From positions 18,877-82,876 of IMG/VR virus record IMGVR_UViG_3300042868_013845: a stretch of 64,000 nt of DNA. One strand, given 5' to 3'. Every line of letters starts with the position of its first letter. Position 1 is the stretch's first letter. The notes under the pieces were generated by a model. That model worked only from the letters and a program-made list of their open reading frames with translations. It ran no database searches and was not told the DNA's origin. This document shows positions 21,739-32,621 of this stretch, piece by piece. This DNA comes from a virus. Position numbers and translations under genes: made by a program.

Positions 21739-23234
21739 TATAGTTGAATTATGATTTTGATTTCTTCGTTTTGACCTGCTTCGCGAGTAACCGCACCTCT
21801 ATTATCTATAAAGAGAATTTCACCAGTTGATGTATTAAATAGTGTTGAGCTAGCGTTTAGCTCATATTGATTATCCAATAATGTCAATTCCCTATTGACG
21901 ATCTCAATATCATCAGGTGCGACTATAGTTAATGACTGTGTATGGTCAATGTTAAACAATCCAGCCTGAATGCTATTATAATAATAGTAATACCATACAT
22001 TGTCTTTAAACTCAACTGCACTTATTGTCGCAACTAAATAATTACCTTGTTTAATTTTCCAACCGGTATCAACATTATTACCACTAAGAACCAATCTTTC
22101 ATTAGCAGGATAACCATTTTCACTCGTAGAAAATGATTTATGAACGCGATCAACTGTTGCATCATCCAGATTATTATTATTATTTCTCTTTGGATTTTTA
22201 ATAATTGAAATTTGGCGATAAGATGTTCCGCTTGGTACAAATTGACTATTAACAGTATCTGCTCCAACACCAATATACCAACTTGGCAATGTTGTTTCAA
22301 GCTTGCTTTCATAACCACCAATTGGGGCAATAATCGGAACAATTTGTGTTGTTGTATAACCACTTGTTGTTATGCGAGCGGTTGCAGATGACCATAGTTT
22401 ATATGTTGTTCCAACTGTAATATCGGCATTCAGTGTTATTTTAGTGATTTTTCCATTTACTATTTTAAGTAAAGCAGGAACGGTCATTGTTGTTTTAGAT
22501 CCATCTCGTAAACCAGTAATTTCTACATTAACTGCAGTACTGGGTCCAGTTGCTAAATTAACACCAGCATTAATAATATGAAAGCCGTGTATTAAACCGG
22601 ATGAAAATGGTGTAGCTGTAACAGTCTGACCAAAATCATATGAAACAAATGCTCCATTATTTACTGATGTATTTGCCGCTTCATAAGTTCCTATATAAAG
22701 CCAAATATAACCATCACCGCCATTAGAAATTGAATATTTATAAAGACCCGGAACAGTTGTTGATGGAACTTCTGAAGGTGAACCAATGCGATTATAACTA
22801 TTGCTTGCAAAGGTTGCATCATGATCTTTTGCGACGCATAAAAATACATGATTACCACTACCACCACCGAGACTGTCAAGGCGTGAAATTACAAAGCATG
22901 GAAATTGTGTTGAACTTGCATAAAAACAAGTAGGATCATATGGATTATAAACTTTATAATCACGATCAGATTGAATGATATTATTTGGCAACATTGTAGA
23001 GACACTGCTGCCTGAAATTTTAAATAGTGCTGAAATATTTTTTCTAACTTCAGCTGCATCGCCTGGTGTGCCAGCTGGAAATGGACTAGTTGGAACTGTT
23101 TGACTTGGGTTTAATTCTGCCCAACCATCTTGTTTACCAATACCAATATAATAATTATTGGCATTATTTGTAATGTCATCAAATAGTCTTTTTCTAGAAT
23201 TGATTCTAAATTGTTCGGTTATAATCGCGGCCAT
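21738..23234 (-). CDS. gp8: Baseplate wedge subunit (T4 gp8-like)
   Basis: MAAIITEQFR, GDGYIWLY, YRQISIIKNP, GEILFIDNR...QNEEIKIIIQL. Confidence 0.88.
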   Translation of the reverse strand: MAAIITEQFRINSRKRLFDDITNNANNYYIGIGKQDGWAELNPSQTVPTSPFPAGTPGDAAEVRKNISALFKISGSSVSTMLPNNIIQSDRDYKVYNPYDPTCFYASSTQFPCFVISRLDSLGGGSGNHVFLCVAKDHDATFASNSYNRIGSPSEVPSTTVPGLYKYSISNGGDGYIWLYIGTYEAANTSVNNGAFVSYDFGQTVTATPFSSGLIHGFHIINAGVNLATGPSTAVNVEITGLRDGSKTTMTVPALLKIVNGKITKITLNADITVGTTYKLWSSATARITTSGYTTTQIVPIIAPIGGYESKLETTLPSWYIGVGADTVNSQFVPSGTSYRQISIIKNPKRNNNNNLDDATVDRVHKSFSTSENGYPANERLVLSGNNVDTGWKIKQGNYLVATISAVEFKDNVWYYYYYNSIQAGLFNIDHTQSLTIVAPDDIEIVNRELTLLDNQYELNASSTLFNTSTGEILFIDNRGAVTREAGQNEEIKIIIQL

Positions 23235-23261
23235 AGTTATTTGTATTTATATTGATTTGTT

Positions 23262-24605
23262 TTAAAAAATAATTGCTCCTTCTTCAATCAAGGGCAGAAT
23301 AATTGCTCCTTCTTCACTAAGAGCAGAAGCTTCGTCATCAGTGCTATAGTTTGCTGGTGCACCAAATTCGTCATAGCCTGAATTGTAATTTCCATCAAAT
23401 ATAAAATATGAATTTAGACTATTGAATTGTGGGCCAGAACCAGTTAATGGTGGATTAGCAAATGCATCTGATAATGTTAGATCTGCATATTCACCAATAC
23501 TTGAATTATCAATTACCTTATCATAACCATTCCAACCTTCTCTAAAGATTGACAATGGTGTATTAGAATTTTTAGAGCTTATGCCATAGGTAATATAAAA
23601 TGCATGAAGCGCTTCATCAAAAACATATGAGCCATTATTGCTTTTAATCGGTCTTAGATTTCTAATAAAATGATAACCTCCATCAGGCAACAATGACAGG
23701 ATTGTGATAAAGTCATAGATGTATGCCGCACTTTGATTAGTCGGTGTATGTTTGCCTCGAGCAGTTGTTTCCCAGTCGATACTGCGCCAACAATTATCAT
23801 CGGCTATAGGATCAATCTTATCTCCGCTGAAAATTGCTTCATTATAATAATAGTAATCAGCAGCATCTTCAGAGTAATAAATGCCATAACCATCAGGCTC
23901 GACATAAACATCATCTAAAAATCTATTTGGAAATTCACTCCAATCAATATCTAAACAGCCAACATTTGTCCAGTCATTGTTATTTGCAAGCTCAAGTATA
24001 AGTGACGCAAAAAACTTTAAACCGGCCGGATGAATATACTTTGCATATTCAAGACCCCACTCGCTTTTAGCTAATTGTGTGTAAATGACATATGAATAGT
24101 TCTGCCAACGCTGATTATCATTCAAGCGATAAACATCAGATGTCTTTGATCTATTGATATCACTAGTTGTAAACAAAAAGTTTTTAGGATAAAACAAACT
24201 AACTACTTCATTGAAAAACAATCGAAAGAAACTAAAGATACTCTCTTCACTACCACGATTTGTATAATAGTTTGCAATAATCTTATAAAGACGAACGCGG
24301 TCAATAGATTGACTTGGTGGTATATAAGAACCAATAAGTCTTTCAATAGCATCAAGATAACGATCATCTGTCGCCATATCAATATCATGATTTCGCATGA
24401 TATTGTTTATCTCAAAGCTTGGTCCAGTACCACCACTTATCTCTGATGTATATTTTTTATTAAGAAATCGATAATAAGCTTCCAGCAATTTTACCAATTC
24501 ACTTGCTTCATTTTCAAAATGATATGGCAAACTGCTTAAAGCCTTTGCTGGCTCAACAATTTCAGAATATTCAACTCGGGCATTGGCTGTTACTAAGTCA
24601 CTCAT
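23262..24605 (-). CDS. gp7: Baseplate wedge subunit (short gp7-like)
   Basis: LLEAYYRFL, YYTNRGSEESIFSFFRLFF, WQNYSYVI, IHPAGLKFF. Confidence 0.75.
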   Translation of the reverse strand: MSDLVTANARVEYSEIVEPAKALSSLPYHFENEASELVKLLEAYYRFLNKKYTSEISGGTGPSFEINNIMRNHDIDMATDDRYLDAIERLIGSYIPPSQSIDRVRLYKIIANYYTNRGSEESIFSFFRLFFNEVVSLFYPKNFLFTTSDINRSKTSDVYRLNDNQRWQNYSYVIYTQLAKSEWGLEYAKYIHPAGLKFFASLILELANNNDWTNVGCLDIDWSEFPNRFLDDVYVEPDGYGIYYSEDAADYYYYNEAIFSGDKIDPIADDNCWRSIDWETTARGKHTPTNQSAAYIYDFITILSLLPDGGYHFIRNLRPIKSNNGSYVFDEALHAFYITYGISSKNSNTPLSIFREGWNGYDKVIDNSSIGEYADLTLSDAFANPPLTGSGPQFNSLNSYFIFDGNYNSGYDEFGAPANYSTDDEASALSEEGAIILPLIEEGAIIF

Positions 24606-26518
24606 CTATCTTTGGGAAATGTTTTATAATCAACGCTACGACTATTGCCACCTCGGGCAATTTCATCAATAAAGATATTAGTTGTTGTAAGAGTTTGGTC
24701 AATTTCTAATAGCGCATTTCTTTTTGCAACAACATCATTTGAAAAACTATTAACAATAAACTTAAATTGCACATCACTATCACTATAAAGTGTATTTAGT
24801 GTCATTATGCCTGTTTCAATATTGAAAGTTCCGGCATCTGCATATTTAACATTCTTATTGTCTTTGATATAATAGCTATAGATGTTTATAATATTGCGGT
24901 CAGATGTTTGTTCTTCACCAAAATAAAGTTGAAGATCGCCTAAAGTCCACGGTACATCGCTAATAATATTAACAAAAACTTTACCATCATCTGTTGCACA
25001 TCTTGCTCCAAAATTCAATCTAATATTATTAACACCAGTTGAACTTAGATTAAATGCTTGGCTAAGATAAACACGAACAAGACTATTTAATATAGCGCTT
25101 GAACTATCTTCAATTGCTCTAACAAATTGACTATGTCTAAAAACACTATTAAATTCATTGATGCGATTAATATTATAATCAGTTATAATGTCACTAATTC
25201 GTGAAGAAATATCAGAACGTGATAATGTAGTAACATTTGGATTATATTTTACCAAAATATCAAGTACAATCTTGCATCGTTGCGCATCAACCATTTCGGG
25301 AAAAATACTCAATATCTTTTTAGATTGTAGATAAGCTAGTATCTCTGCTTTATCGTTATCACTAAGATTTACACTTGTTGATTGATCGCTAATCTTATTA
25401 GCGCTAATAAAAACTTTTCCATAAACAGGAGGAACATTATCCTCACCTCCCCATACACTAATGCTATTAATATAACCAAAATTTGCTTTGATTAGATTAG
25501 CATAATCATCGCTTGTAACTGCACGATTTTGTGTTGCAAAACTTGATATTGCATTATTTTTTAATGCAGATATGCTTTCTTTTTCTTGACCACCACTTGA
25601 ACGACCATTTATTGTTAAACCACTTGTTGATATTAAACCTATCATTGATGGCTCTGAAACTATCAAATTCTGATTAATAATTCGCGAACAATTATTTGCA
25701 ACTACACCATTTGTTACAATATATTCGAGTTCAATAATATTTCCAGGATCAAGTTTTTTACCAAAGACACCATCACCAAAACTAATTTCATATTTTCCAA
25801 AGATATTTTCGTTGATAAAATATACTGGTGTTTTATCAGTTATTGTTAAACTGTTATTAAATGGTTGAAATAATGAATTACTGCCTGAACTTGAATCTTT
25901 TTGTACACGCACCTTTAATGACGATATGTCAATATTATCATCAATGATTTCATATGTGGCGCTTGTATCATAAGCGATCGCGGCATAACTTCGAGTAACC
26001 AAATTGCCCTGATAAGCAATTGCTGGCTCGGAATCGGTTGAAACATAGTTATTTCCGCTTAATGTTAGTTTCACATCATCTCGCAAAACAAAACTATAAT
26101 CACCTGATTCATTTTGTGATTGCAATGATGAAACAGATCCATTAAATAATCCGCCTCTAACTGTTATTTCAGGTGAATGATTAACTATATTAGGATTTTT
26201 CGGTATACTAATATTAAAACTAAGTTGTGATGCACTACGACTACGTGGTATATAACCCAATAGTTTGGCTGCAGATACAACGCTGCTTCGTAATTGTGCA
26301 CTATCAATATAACTTTCATTGACTGCCATATGTGCAAGCATCGCGTTATAGTGAGTATTATATGCTAATACATCAATTATAGTATTTAGATTGCTGCCTT
26401 CAAAATTCCAATCTGAAAATTTACCATTTTCTTCTTCTTTAAAATAGCTAATAAGATTAGCCTTGATTTGATCAAAATCAAGAGTTGTAACATCGATCTG
26501 TTTGCCTAGATTTGCCAT
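24602..26518 (-). CDS. gp6: Baseplate wedge subunit (T4 gp6-like)
   Basis: LDFDQIKANL, FEGSNLNTIIDVLAYNTHY, FGDGVFGK, QNRAVTSDDY, WGGEDN. Confidence 0.95.
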   Translation of the reverse strand: MANLGKQIDVTTLDFDQIKANLISYFKEEENGKFSDWNFEGSNLNTIIDVLAYNTHYNAMLAHMAVNESYIDSAQLRSSVVSAAKLLGYIPRSRSASQLSFNISIPKNPNIVNHSPEITVRGGLFNGSVSSLQSQNESGDYSFVLRDDVKLTLSGNNYVSTDSEPAIAYQGNLVTRSYAAIAYDTSATYEIIDDNIDISSLKVRVQKDSSSGSNSLFQPFNNSLTITDKTPVYFINENIFGKYEISFGDGVFGKKLDPGNIIELEYIVTNGVVANNCSRIINQNLIVSEPSMIGLISTSGLTINGRSSGGQEKESISALKNNAISSFATQNRAVTSDDYANLIKANFGYINSISVWGGEDNVPPVYGKVFISANKISDQSTSVNLSDNDKAEILAYLQSKKILSIFPEMVDAQRCKIVLDILVKYNPNVTTLSRSDISSRISDIITDYNINRINEFNSVFRHSQFVRAIEDSSSAILNSLVRVYLSQAFNLSSTGVNNIRLNFGARCATDDGKVFVNIISDVPWTLGDLQLYFGEEQTSDRNIINIYSYYIKDNKNVKYADAGTFNIETGIMTLNTLYSDSDVQFKFIVNSFSNDVVAKRNALLEIDQTLTTTNIFIDEIARGGNSRSVDYKTFPKDR

Positions 26519-26958
26519 TATCGTATTTTGTTAAGTATAAATTTAATTTCTCCGTTTTGAGAATATATGGTTTGAAACATGATACTAATATCATAACTAT
26601 TGCGATCATTATTTGCGACAACTTTTACGTTATATTCTGAAATTCGTGGCTCAAATTTTGTTATGCCATTTTCAATTTCAAGTGTTATTTGTCGTTGTGT
26701 TATAGGATCAATATTTTCAAATAACATACTAGTTACTTGTGTGCCAAATTCTGGATTAAATGGTCTTGATCCAACTTCGGTCAAAATAATATTTTTAACA
26801 CTATTTTTAATAGCGTCAATATCACTAGCTATCATAACATCCCCTGTTATAGGATGAATAAATCGAGTATGAATATCGCGATATATCCCACCTGAAGCAA
26901 TAATCGGTTGATATTGTTCAGTGTTATAGTCATTGAGATTAAGAACTCTACTCATCAA
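26518..26958 (-). CDS. gp25: Baseplate wedge subunit (T4 gp25-like)
   Basis: AIKNSVKNIILTEVGSRPFNPEFG, FEPRI. Confidence 0.93.
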   Translation of the reverse strand: MMSRVLNLNDYNTEQYQPIIASGGIYRDIHTRFIHPITGDVMIASDIDAIKNSVKNIILTEVGSRPFNPEFGTQVTSMLFENIDPITQRQITLEIENGITKFEPRISEYNVKVVANNDRNSYDISIMFQTIYSQNGEIKFILNKIR

Positions 26959-26960
26959 AT

Positions 26961-28556
26961 CTATTTATATCCATCCCATTTTTTCATCTTGGCGAATGCA
27001 TGCGCATCATTATATTTTTTACTAGTTTTTGTACCCATCTCAACCAAATAAACTTCAACTCCAGCCAGTGTTGAATTTCTGTATTTTGCAGCATCTGATG
27101 GTTCTTTAATATAAACGTCAATTTTATTCCAAGTTTCTTTTTTCTTTGCTGGACCAGTATCAACAACAGTAACAATTCCACTTGGATTTAGTCCAGCTGG
27201 ATCATAAATTGAACCATCTGGATTTTTCAATTGTAATTTAGTTCCTCCGGGCCATCGCGATGTTGCACATGAATAACCACTAACTAATATTTGACCACCA
27301 TACTCGCCGTTACCAGTATATGAATCTGATATATCTGTTAACGTTCTAGGCGGATAATCTCGTGCAATCATACTAGCTTCTTGACTTGCAATATATTGAG
27401 GAGTCCAAGCGGTTGGATATCCTATAACTTTTGCTCTTTCACTGGGCACAAGATCAATAAATGTTGTAAGATCCCATCGCGGATCACCATATTTAGAAAT
27501 ACCGGTTGAAACTCTTTGACCAGGCTGATAATTATTATTCTTTACAATATTCCATTCGCTTAATGTTTTATGTTCAGATTCAGCAATCAATATTGCATAT
27601 TGCGCCTTTTGTTTATAAAACTCACGAGTCTCTGGAGACCACTCATAGCTATATTCACTAATTTTTCGGTCAATTTCAGCATTAAAAAGAGCTCGTAATT
27701 TTGTAACCTCATCATCGCTTGCCACACCATAACGATTAATAACTGCACGAGAGAAATTTTGCAAATGACTTAATGCATCATTTACTGCAGGCGGTGTTTG
27801 AGGAGCTCTATTTAAAACACCAGCGAGTTGATTAGGCACAAAATCAATTACATTTGTAATTTCAAATCCAATTCTACTAATCACATCTTCATATTTTTGT
27901 TTCTTTTCAAGTGATGCTGTATCAACTTTAATAAAGCTACCAAAATCTGGTAAAGCTTCGGGCTTCATATTTTTAACACCACTTGGCACTGGTCCTCCGC
28001 CTAGACCCATCATAGTACATATATTTAAGTTATCAATATTAGCCAAAATCTCATTAAGATTGTTAATTGTGCTGCCATACTTTTCTTGTATTTGTCGAAA
28101 TATTTCGCTTCTTTCAAGTATGCCTGCATCCTTTGCAAGTATGAGCAGCTCTAAAAACGATTTGTCAAGCAAGCTTTGTACAAATGCAATATAACCATTC
28201 ACTGTATTAATTACTGCCATAACATTAGTCGCAGTAGCAAGAGCAGCAGAAACTGTACTATTTTGCAATAACAATGATGTTAACTTTTTAGTTAATCGAT
28301 CAATAATAATATCATCAATATTTTTAATACAATCAGACAATCTGGTAATAGAACCAAAATCAAGACTTTCTCCACCAAGAACTTGACTAATATCTGATTG
28401 AGTTTTACCAATGCGTATAAGATCGGCACTATTAATAGCGCTGCTAATATTTGCTTCTTTAAGCAATTTATTTGCTGTTAATTCATCAATTGGATTATTT
28501 GATTGTAATGAACCCAGTGCTTGTTGTATTTTTGCTAGATCTTCTAAATTTGACAT
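26961..28556 (-). CDS. Virion protein with C-terminal 3D-like (double-psi barrel) peptidoglycan hydrolase domain
   Basis: CATSRWPGGTKL...VTVVDTGP...KIDVYI resembles the 3D-domain pattern; lies between gp5 and gp25. Confidence 0.55.
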   Translation of the reverse strand: MSNLEDLAKIQQALGSLQSNNPIDELTANKLLKEANISSAINSADLIRIGKTQSDISQVLGGESLDFGSITRLSDCIKNIDDIIIDRLTKKLTSLLLQNSTVSAALATATNVMAVINTVNGYIAFVQSLLDKSFLELLILAKDAGILERSEIFRQIQEKYGSTINNLNEILANIDNLNICTMMGLGGGPVPSGVKNMKPEALPDFGSFIKVDTASLEKKQKYEDVISRIGFEITNVIDFVPNQLAGVLNRAPQTPPAVNDALSHLQNFSRAVINRYGVASDDEVTKLRALFNAEIDRKISEYSYEWSPETREFYKQKAQYAILIAESEHKTLSEWNIVKNNNYQPGQRVSTGISKYGDPRWDLTTFIDLVPSERAKVIGYPTAWTPQYIASQEASMIARDYPPRTLTDISDSYTGNGEYGGQILVSGYSCATSRWPGGTKLQLKNPDGSIYDPAGLNPSGIVTVVDTGPAKKKETWNKIDVYIKEPSDAAKYRNSTLAGVEVYLVEMGTKTSKKYNDAHAFAKMKKWDGYK

Positions 28557-28565
28557 AACTTAAGT

Positions 28566-29396
28566 TTATGGTATAGGTGTGCTAGTTGGTGAACCTGATG
28601 CCGCACTAATATGTTTATGATTAGCTAGACTAATTGCTCCAGAAATAAAATCTTGACCGCTGACAATGCCTGTTGCTGTTATAGAAGGTGAATTAATATT
28701 TGTAATTGGACTATCGCTATTAATCGATGCAATACTTTGCAGATTTATACTTGATGTTCCTGCTAGATTTAAACTTGTACTGCTAATCACAGTAGAAACA
28801 CCTGATGCTAAACTAATAACATTTGATGCACCACAAACAAAATTATTTCCAAAAAAGCTAGTTGTAATTGCATTAAAATTTGCATTCTTTGTTATGCGGC
28901 AATCATATTCGCCGCCACATCGTGTTACCATATCAGCAACACTATGATGTTGCAATTGACTGCCACTATTATGAATAATATCGCCTTTTGTTGTTTCAGT
29001 AACAAATGCGCCATCACATTTTTGAACAATATTACCTGTAACTGAAACATTCATATCCCCAGTTATATTTAGATTATAATTGCCGTCAACTTTAGTATTG
29101 CACTCACCAATTACTGTAATATCAACTTTACCATATACTGTTACTTTTTCATGACCAAAAACCATTGTAAAATTTTCACCAAATATAGTAAGATCGCGTC
29201 CTTTTTGAGTCCAAACTTCGCGATGACCCTTTGGATGAAACCTTAATCGGCGTTCCGCCCCAAGCGTATCATCAAGTTCATCAATATGTCCGCCTATTGT
29301 TTGTGAAGTTTTTACTAACCCATCAATAGAACTATCCGAATATATTGGAAATGCGGAATTTTGATTTGAAATATTATTAAAACCTGTAGTGTCCAT
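28566..29396 (-). CDS. Baseplate spike, gp5 C-terminal beta-helix part
   Basis: GGHIDELDDTLGAERRLRFHPKG, VxG repeats, terminal LANHKH. Confidence 0.8.
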   Translation of the reverse strand: MDTTGFNNISNQNSAFPIYSDSSIDGLVKTSQTIGGHIDELDDTLGAERRLRFHPKGHREVWTQKGRDLTIFGENFTMVFGHEKVTVYGKVDITVIGECNTKVDGNYNLNITGDMNVSVTGNIVQKCDGAFVTETTKGDIIHNSGSQLQHHSVADMVTRCGGEYDCRITKNANFNAITTSFFGNNFVCGASNVISLASGVSTVISSTSLNLAGTSSINLQSIASINSDSPITNINSPSITATGIVSGQDFISGAISLANHKHISAASGSPTSTPIP

Positions 29397-29406
29397 ATTT
29401 TATATA

Positions 29407-30360
29407 TTATTTAACTATTCGAACTGAATATATTACTTGTGAACTTGACCGAGGGTTTATGGCAACATTTCCTCCTCCAGTATTACCTTCAATTGATTTA
29501 AACTTATTATTAACTAAAGGTTCAATTGCAATACCAACATGACTATGAGTAAAAACAACAATATCTCCTGGTTTTATATCTTCTGGATTATAATATATAT
29601 CAGCGCGAGGATGCACTTTTTCTTCTTGGGCCCATTTATCAAAATCAAATGCTCTTGTGATTTTAGGTCGAGTAGCTTCATCAAATAGTCCAGATTGTTT
29701 TATAGCCCAACAAACAAACGCTGCACACCAATGGTTTTTTCCAGCTGCACCATTAGGCAGATTTGTTGATCTAAAATATTCAGCAATAGGTCCAGCATTT
29801 CTGGTATATGATATATTTTTATTGAGTTGACTTAAAGCTGGTTGTATAATTCGATTAGCAATAGCCGAATCATAACCATTACCTGGTACTGTTTGATCAA
29901 ATGATTTTAATAGACCATTTTCACTATGTGCTGCGGTAGATGGTATATAACCACCACTTACAATATTTGTTACAAAATTCGATGATCCATTTATAGTACT
30001 AACATATTGATTAGCACTTGGATTAGCAATAGAATAACCATTGCCATTGACTGTTGGATTAAATCCACCAAGCTGTGATTGATTCCATTCGCCTATGCCA
30101 TATAGACCAATTACAACCGCATCTTGCATATCATCACCATCTCTAAAAAAACCAAATGCGCATCTGCCAATTAATTCAGAAATATTAGGAGTGCTTGCTG
30201 TTTCAATATTAACTGGTAATATTAGTGTTGACCACGGCAAATCAGTTGTAAGAAGTTCATTACGCTCAAAGCTATGCAAACCAAACATGCGAACACGTAC
30301 GCGATTTGTTGTGGGATCACATTCTTCAATTATTCCAGTAAACCAATTATCTATTTTCAT
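29407..30360 (-). CDS. gp5: Baseplate hub gp5 N-terminal OB domain fused to CHAP amidase
   Basis: WFTGIIE..RVRVRMFGLH..DLPWS..GFFRDG; HWCAAFVCWA, PGDIVVF, HVGI, IEGNT. Confidence 0.82.
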   Translation of the reverse strand: MKIDNWFTGIIEECDPTTNRVRVRMFGLHSFERNELLTTDLPWSTLILPVNIETASTPNISELIGRCAFGFFRDGDDMQDAVVIGLYGIGEWNQSQLGGFNPTVNGNGYSIANPSANQYVSTINGSSNFVTNIVSGGYIPSTAAHSENGLLKSFDQTVPGNGYDSAIANRIIQPALSQLNKNISYTRNAGPIAEYFRSTNLPNGAAGKNHWCAAFVCWAIKQSGLFDEATRPKITRAFDFDKWAQEEKVHPRADIYYNPEDIKPGDIVVFTHSHVGIAIEPLVNNKFKSIEGNTGGGNVAINPRSSSQVIYSVRIVK

Positions 30361-31799
30361 TGTTTTGGTAATTGTACAAGTCTTAAACGATTAATATATC
30401 GGCCATCCATAAAACTATGAACGCTTGCAATGATTATATAATAACCATTTCGCGATGATTTTTCTTCATCTTTATCAACTATAATTTCTAAAATTTTTCC
30501 AGGATTCAAATTAATATCGCCATAAACAACAATCTCGCTTTGTTCGTTATCAACCTTTGCTGAGAAAAAACGAGTCGCGCGACTATGCCAATTTCTGACT
30601 TGTGATGAATCTGTTAAATCAGATAATGTATTATCAATATTATCATATAATGGTAAAGGTTTATGTGAAATTATTGCAGGAGCAGATAGTTCTATATTCT
30701 CTCGACTCAAATTTAAAGTCTTAAGATAATTATTCTTGAGTCTTTCATTTGCATTAAATCTTTTTATATATTGATCTATATTTGTAGTAGCTTCTAATGT
30801 TTGTTTAAGCGCCGGCACTGCATTACTACTATCGTTATAATCAAAAGCGCTAGCGGCATAATCAATTGTTTTGACTATTGTATCATATTCACCTTGTAAA
30901 AATTTACTCAATTCATTTTTTGTAGAGTTTGTTGTAAATTCTAATAATCTTTTTCTTTCAACTTCATAACGAGCCCTATCGTCGCTATATTCTTCATCAT
31001 TATATTTTTTTACAAATTTACGAATCGGAATATTAACTTTGTCATTTATAAGCCAATTCCAGCTTCTTGCCATTATTTTTCGTATTGGCTTATCATTTAA
31101 ATTGTTGAATATGCTATATATGAAAAATGGAGATTTATCATTATCATATGATTTTGTTCGTAGCCATTCTATAGCTTGCAACGGTGTAGTATATGGTATA
31201 ATACCTCTTATTCTTTTACTGCATGACGTTTGTTGATAAGAAGCGTCATAATCAAAAGCATTGTCATCGAGTTTTAGATATTTACTAAAAATTAATTTAA
31301 TATGATCAATTGTAGTTTTACCTCGTTTTGAATCATCATGAGGTTGACCAACACCAAATGATATTTGTTGCAATCGACTAAGTATTGCAAAATTGTCAAT
31401 TGCAGTTATAACAAAAGTACCAGTATATAGACCTTCATTATCAAGTTCAAATTCGCTATAATCACGAACACCTAATTGAAATTTTATTGTTTTGTCATCT
31501 TCAATATCAATGAAACGTAGACTTATCTCTATTACTTCATGACCTTGAAAATATTCTGCCTTTGTTTTAAAGATTTTATTTTTATCATCTGCAGTATCAC
31601 TAACTGTTAATTTAGCAACCATAACTGGAGAAAATAATTCTTCAGTAAATGATATATCTGTAATTAACCGGGTAATGTCCAATTCACTTGTCAGATCAGC
31701 TCTCTTAAGAGTTATCTTTATTATTTCATATGTACCAGGTACAAGTGGTTTGCCATCGGCATTAAGAACCTTTGGACTATTTTTGGTATATTCAGCCAT
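30357..31799 (-). CDS. Baseplate hub/tail protein (gp27-like)
   Basis: Between gp53 and gp5; PLQAIEWL, VYGDINLNPG, GYYIIIASVHSF. Confidence 0.65.
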   Translation of the reverse strand: MAEYTKNSPKVLNADGKPLVPGTYEIIKITLKRADLTSELDITRLITDISFTEELFSPVMVAKLTVSDTADDKNKIFKTKAEYFQGHEVIEISLRFIDIEDDKTIKFQLGVRDYSEFELDNEGLYTGTFVITAIDNFAILSRLQQISFGVGQPHDDSKRGKTTIDHIKLIFSKYLKLDDNAFDYDASYQQTSCSKRIRGIIPYTTPLQAIEWLRTKSYDNDKSPFFIYSIFNNLNDKPIRKIMARSWNWLINDKVNIPIRKFVKKYNDEEYSDDRARYEVERKRLLEFTTNSTKNELSKFLQGEYDTIVKTIDYAASAFDYNDSSNAVPALKQTLEATTNIDQYIKRFNANERLKNNYLKTLNLSRENIELSAPAIISHKPLPLYDNIDNTLSDLTDSSQVRNWHSRATRFFSAKVDNEQSEIVVYGDINLNPGKILEIIVDKDEEKSSRNGYYIIIASVHSFMDGRYINRLRLVQLPKQ

Positions 31800-32619
31800 C
31801 TTCTAATATCTGAAAATATTGTTGTGAAACTCTTTCTGCATCAGAACTATTTAATACGCGAATAAATTTCTTACTTTCATTTTTATCATATTCATATTGT
31901 TCAAAGCTTGTTGCATACTGTATGCTATCACCATTTAATAGTGCATCTCTATATGATTTAAAGTCATAGCTATATGCAGCATTTTTCATAAGATAATGGC
32001 AATTGTCAGGATTAACACTTAATTCAATAGTTGATCCAACTTGAACTCTATCAGAGCCCTCACCATTAAAAAACTTAATAAAGATCGTCTCAAGATCTTT
32101 CATCCATTCAGTATCATTTGGCTTTTGGGATATTATAAGCGTTCTTCGAGTATAATCGAACTGATGAAACGTTACATCCAATGCTTCATCATCTGGATCC
32201 AAATAAATTTTTACACTATCGGCTATACTAAAATCAATCGAGCGCGGCGTTTCATTTGGATCGTTTTTATTAGTTTTATATGCATAAACATCTTCATTAG
32301 CCAAAGATAGAAAACTATATGCTCCATATTTACTTTCGATCAATCTTTCTAACTCTACATCGCTATATGGCCAACCCTTTTTTAAATCTGGATTTAGCAA
32401 ATATAATATCCAATGTTTTGTCGGATCACCATACAATTTATATGCTAGACTATCTGGTGTTTCACCATCTGTAATATAATATTTGTCATATCTTACAAAA
32501 TTTCCAATATCTTTAAATTGAATGCTGCGAGTAATGTCAGTTATAACTCTTTCTGATTTATAATCTTTAGTATCAAAATTATAAATTGCTCCTGTGAAAT
32601 TTCTAAAAAATCCTTTCAT
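31792..32619 (-). CDS. gp53: Baseplate wedge subunit (T4 gp53-like)
   Basis: YYITDGETPDSLAYKLYGDPTKHWILYLLN, YEYDKNESKKFIRVL. Confidence 0.9.
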   Translation of the reverse strand: MKGFFRNFTGAIYNFDTKDYKSERVITDITRSIQFKDIGNFVRYDKYYITDGETPDSLAYKLYGDPTKHWILYLLNPDLKKGWPYSDVELERLIESKYGAYSFLSLANEDVYAYKTNKNDPNETPRSIDFSIADSVKIYLDPDDEALDVTFHQFDYTRRTLIISQKPNDTEWMKDLETIFIKFFNGEGSDRVQVGSTIELSVNPDNCHYLMKNAAYSYDFKSYRDALLNGDSIQYATSFEQYEYDKNESKKFIRVLNSSDAERVSQQYFQILEDG

Positions 32620-32621
32620 AA

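Noticed and set aside
23268-23315. Short direct repeat encoding EEGAII twice at the gp7 end
   Set aside because: Local duplication with no evident function
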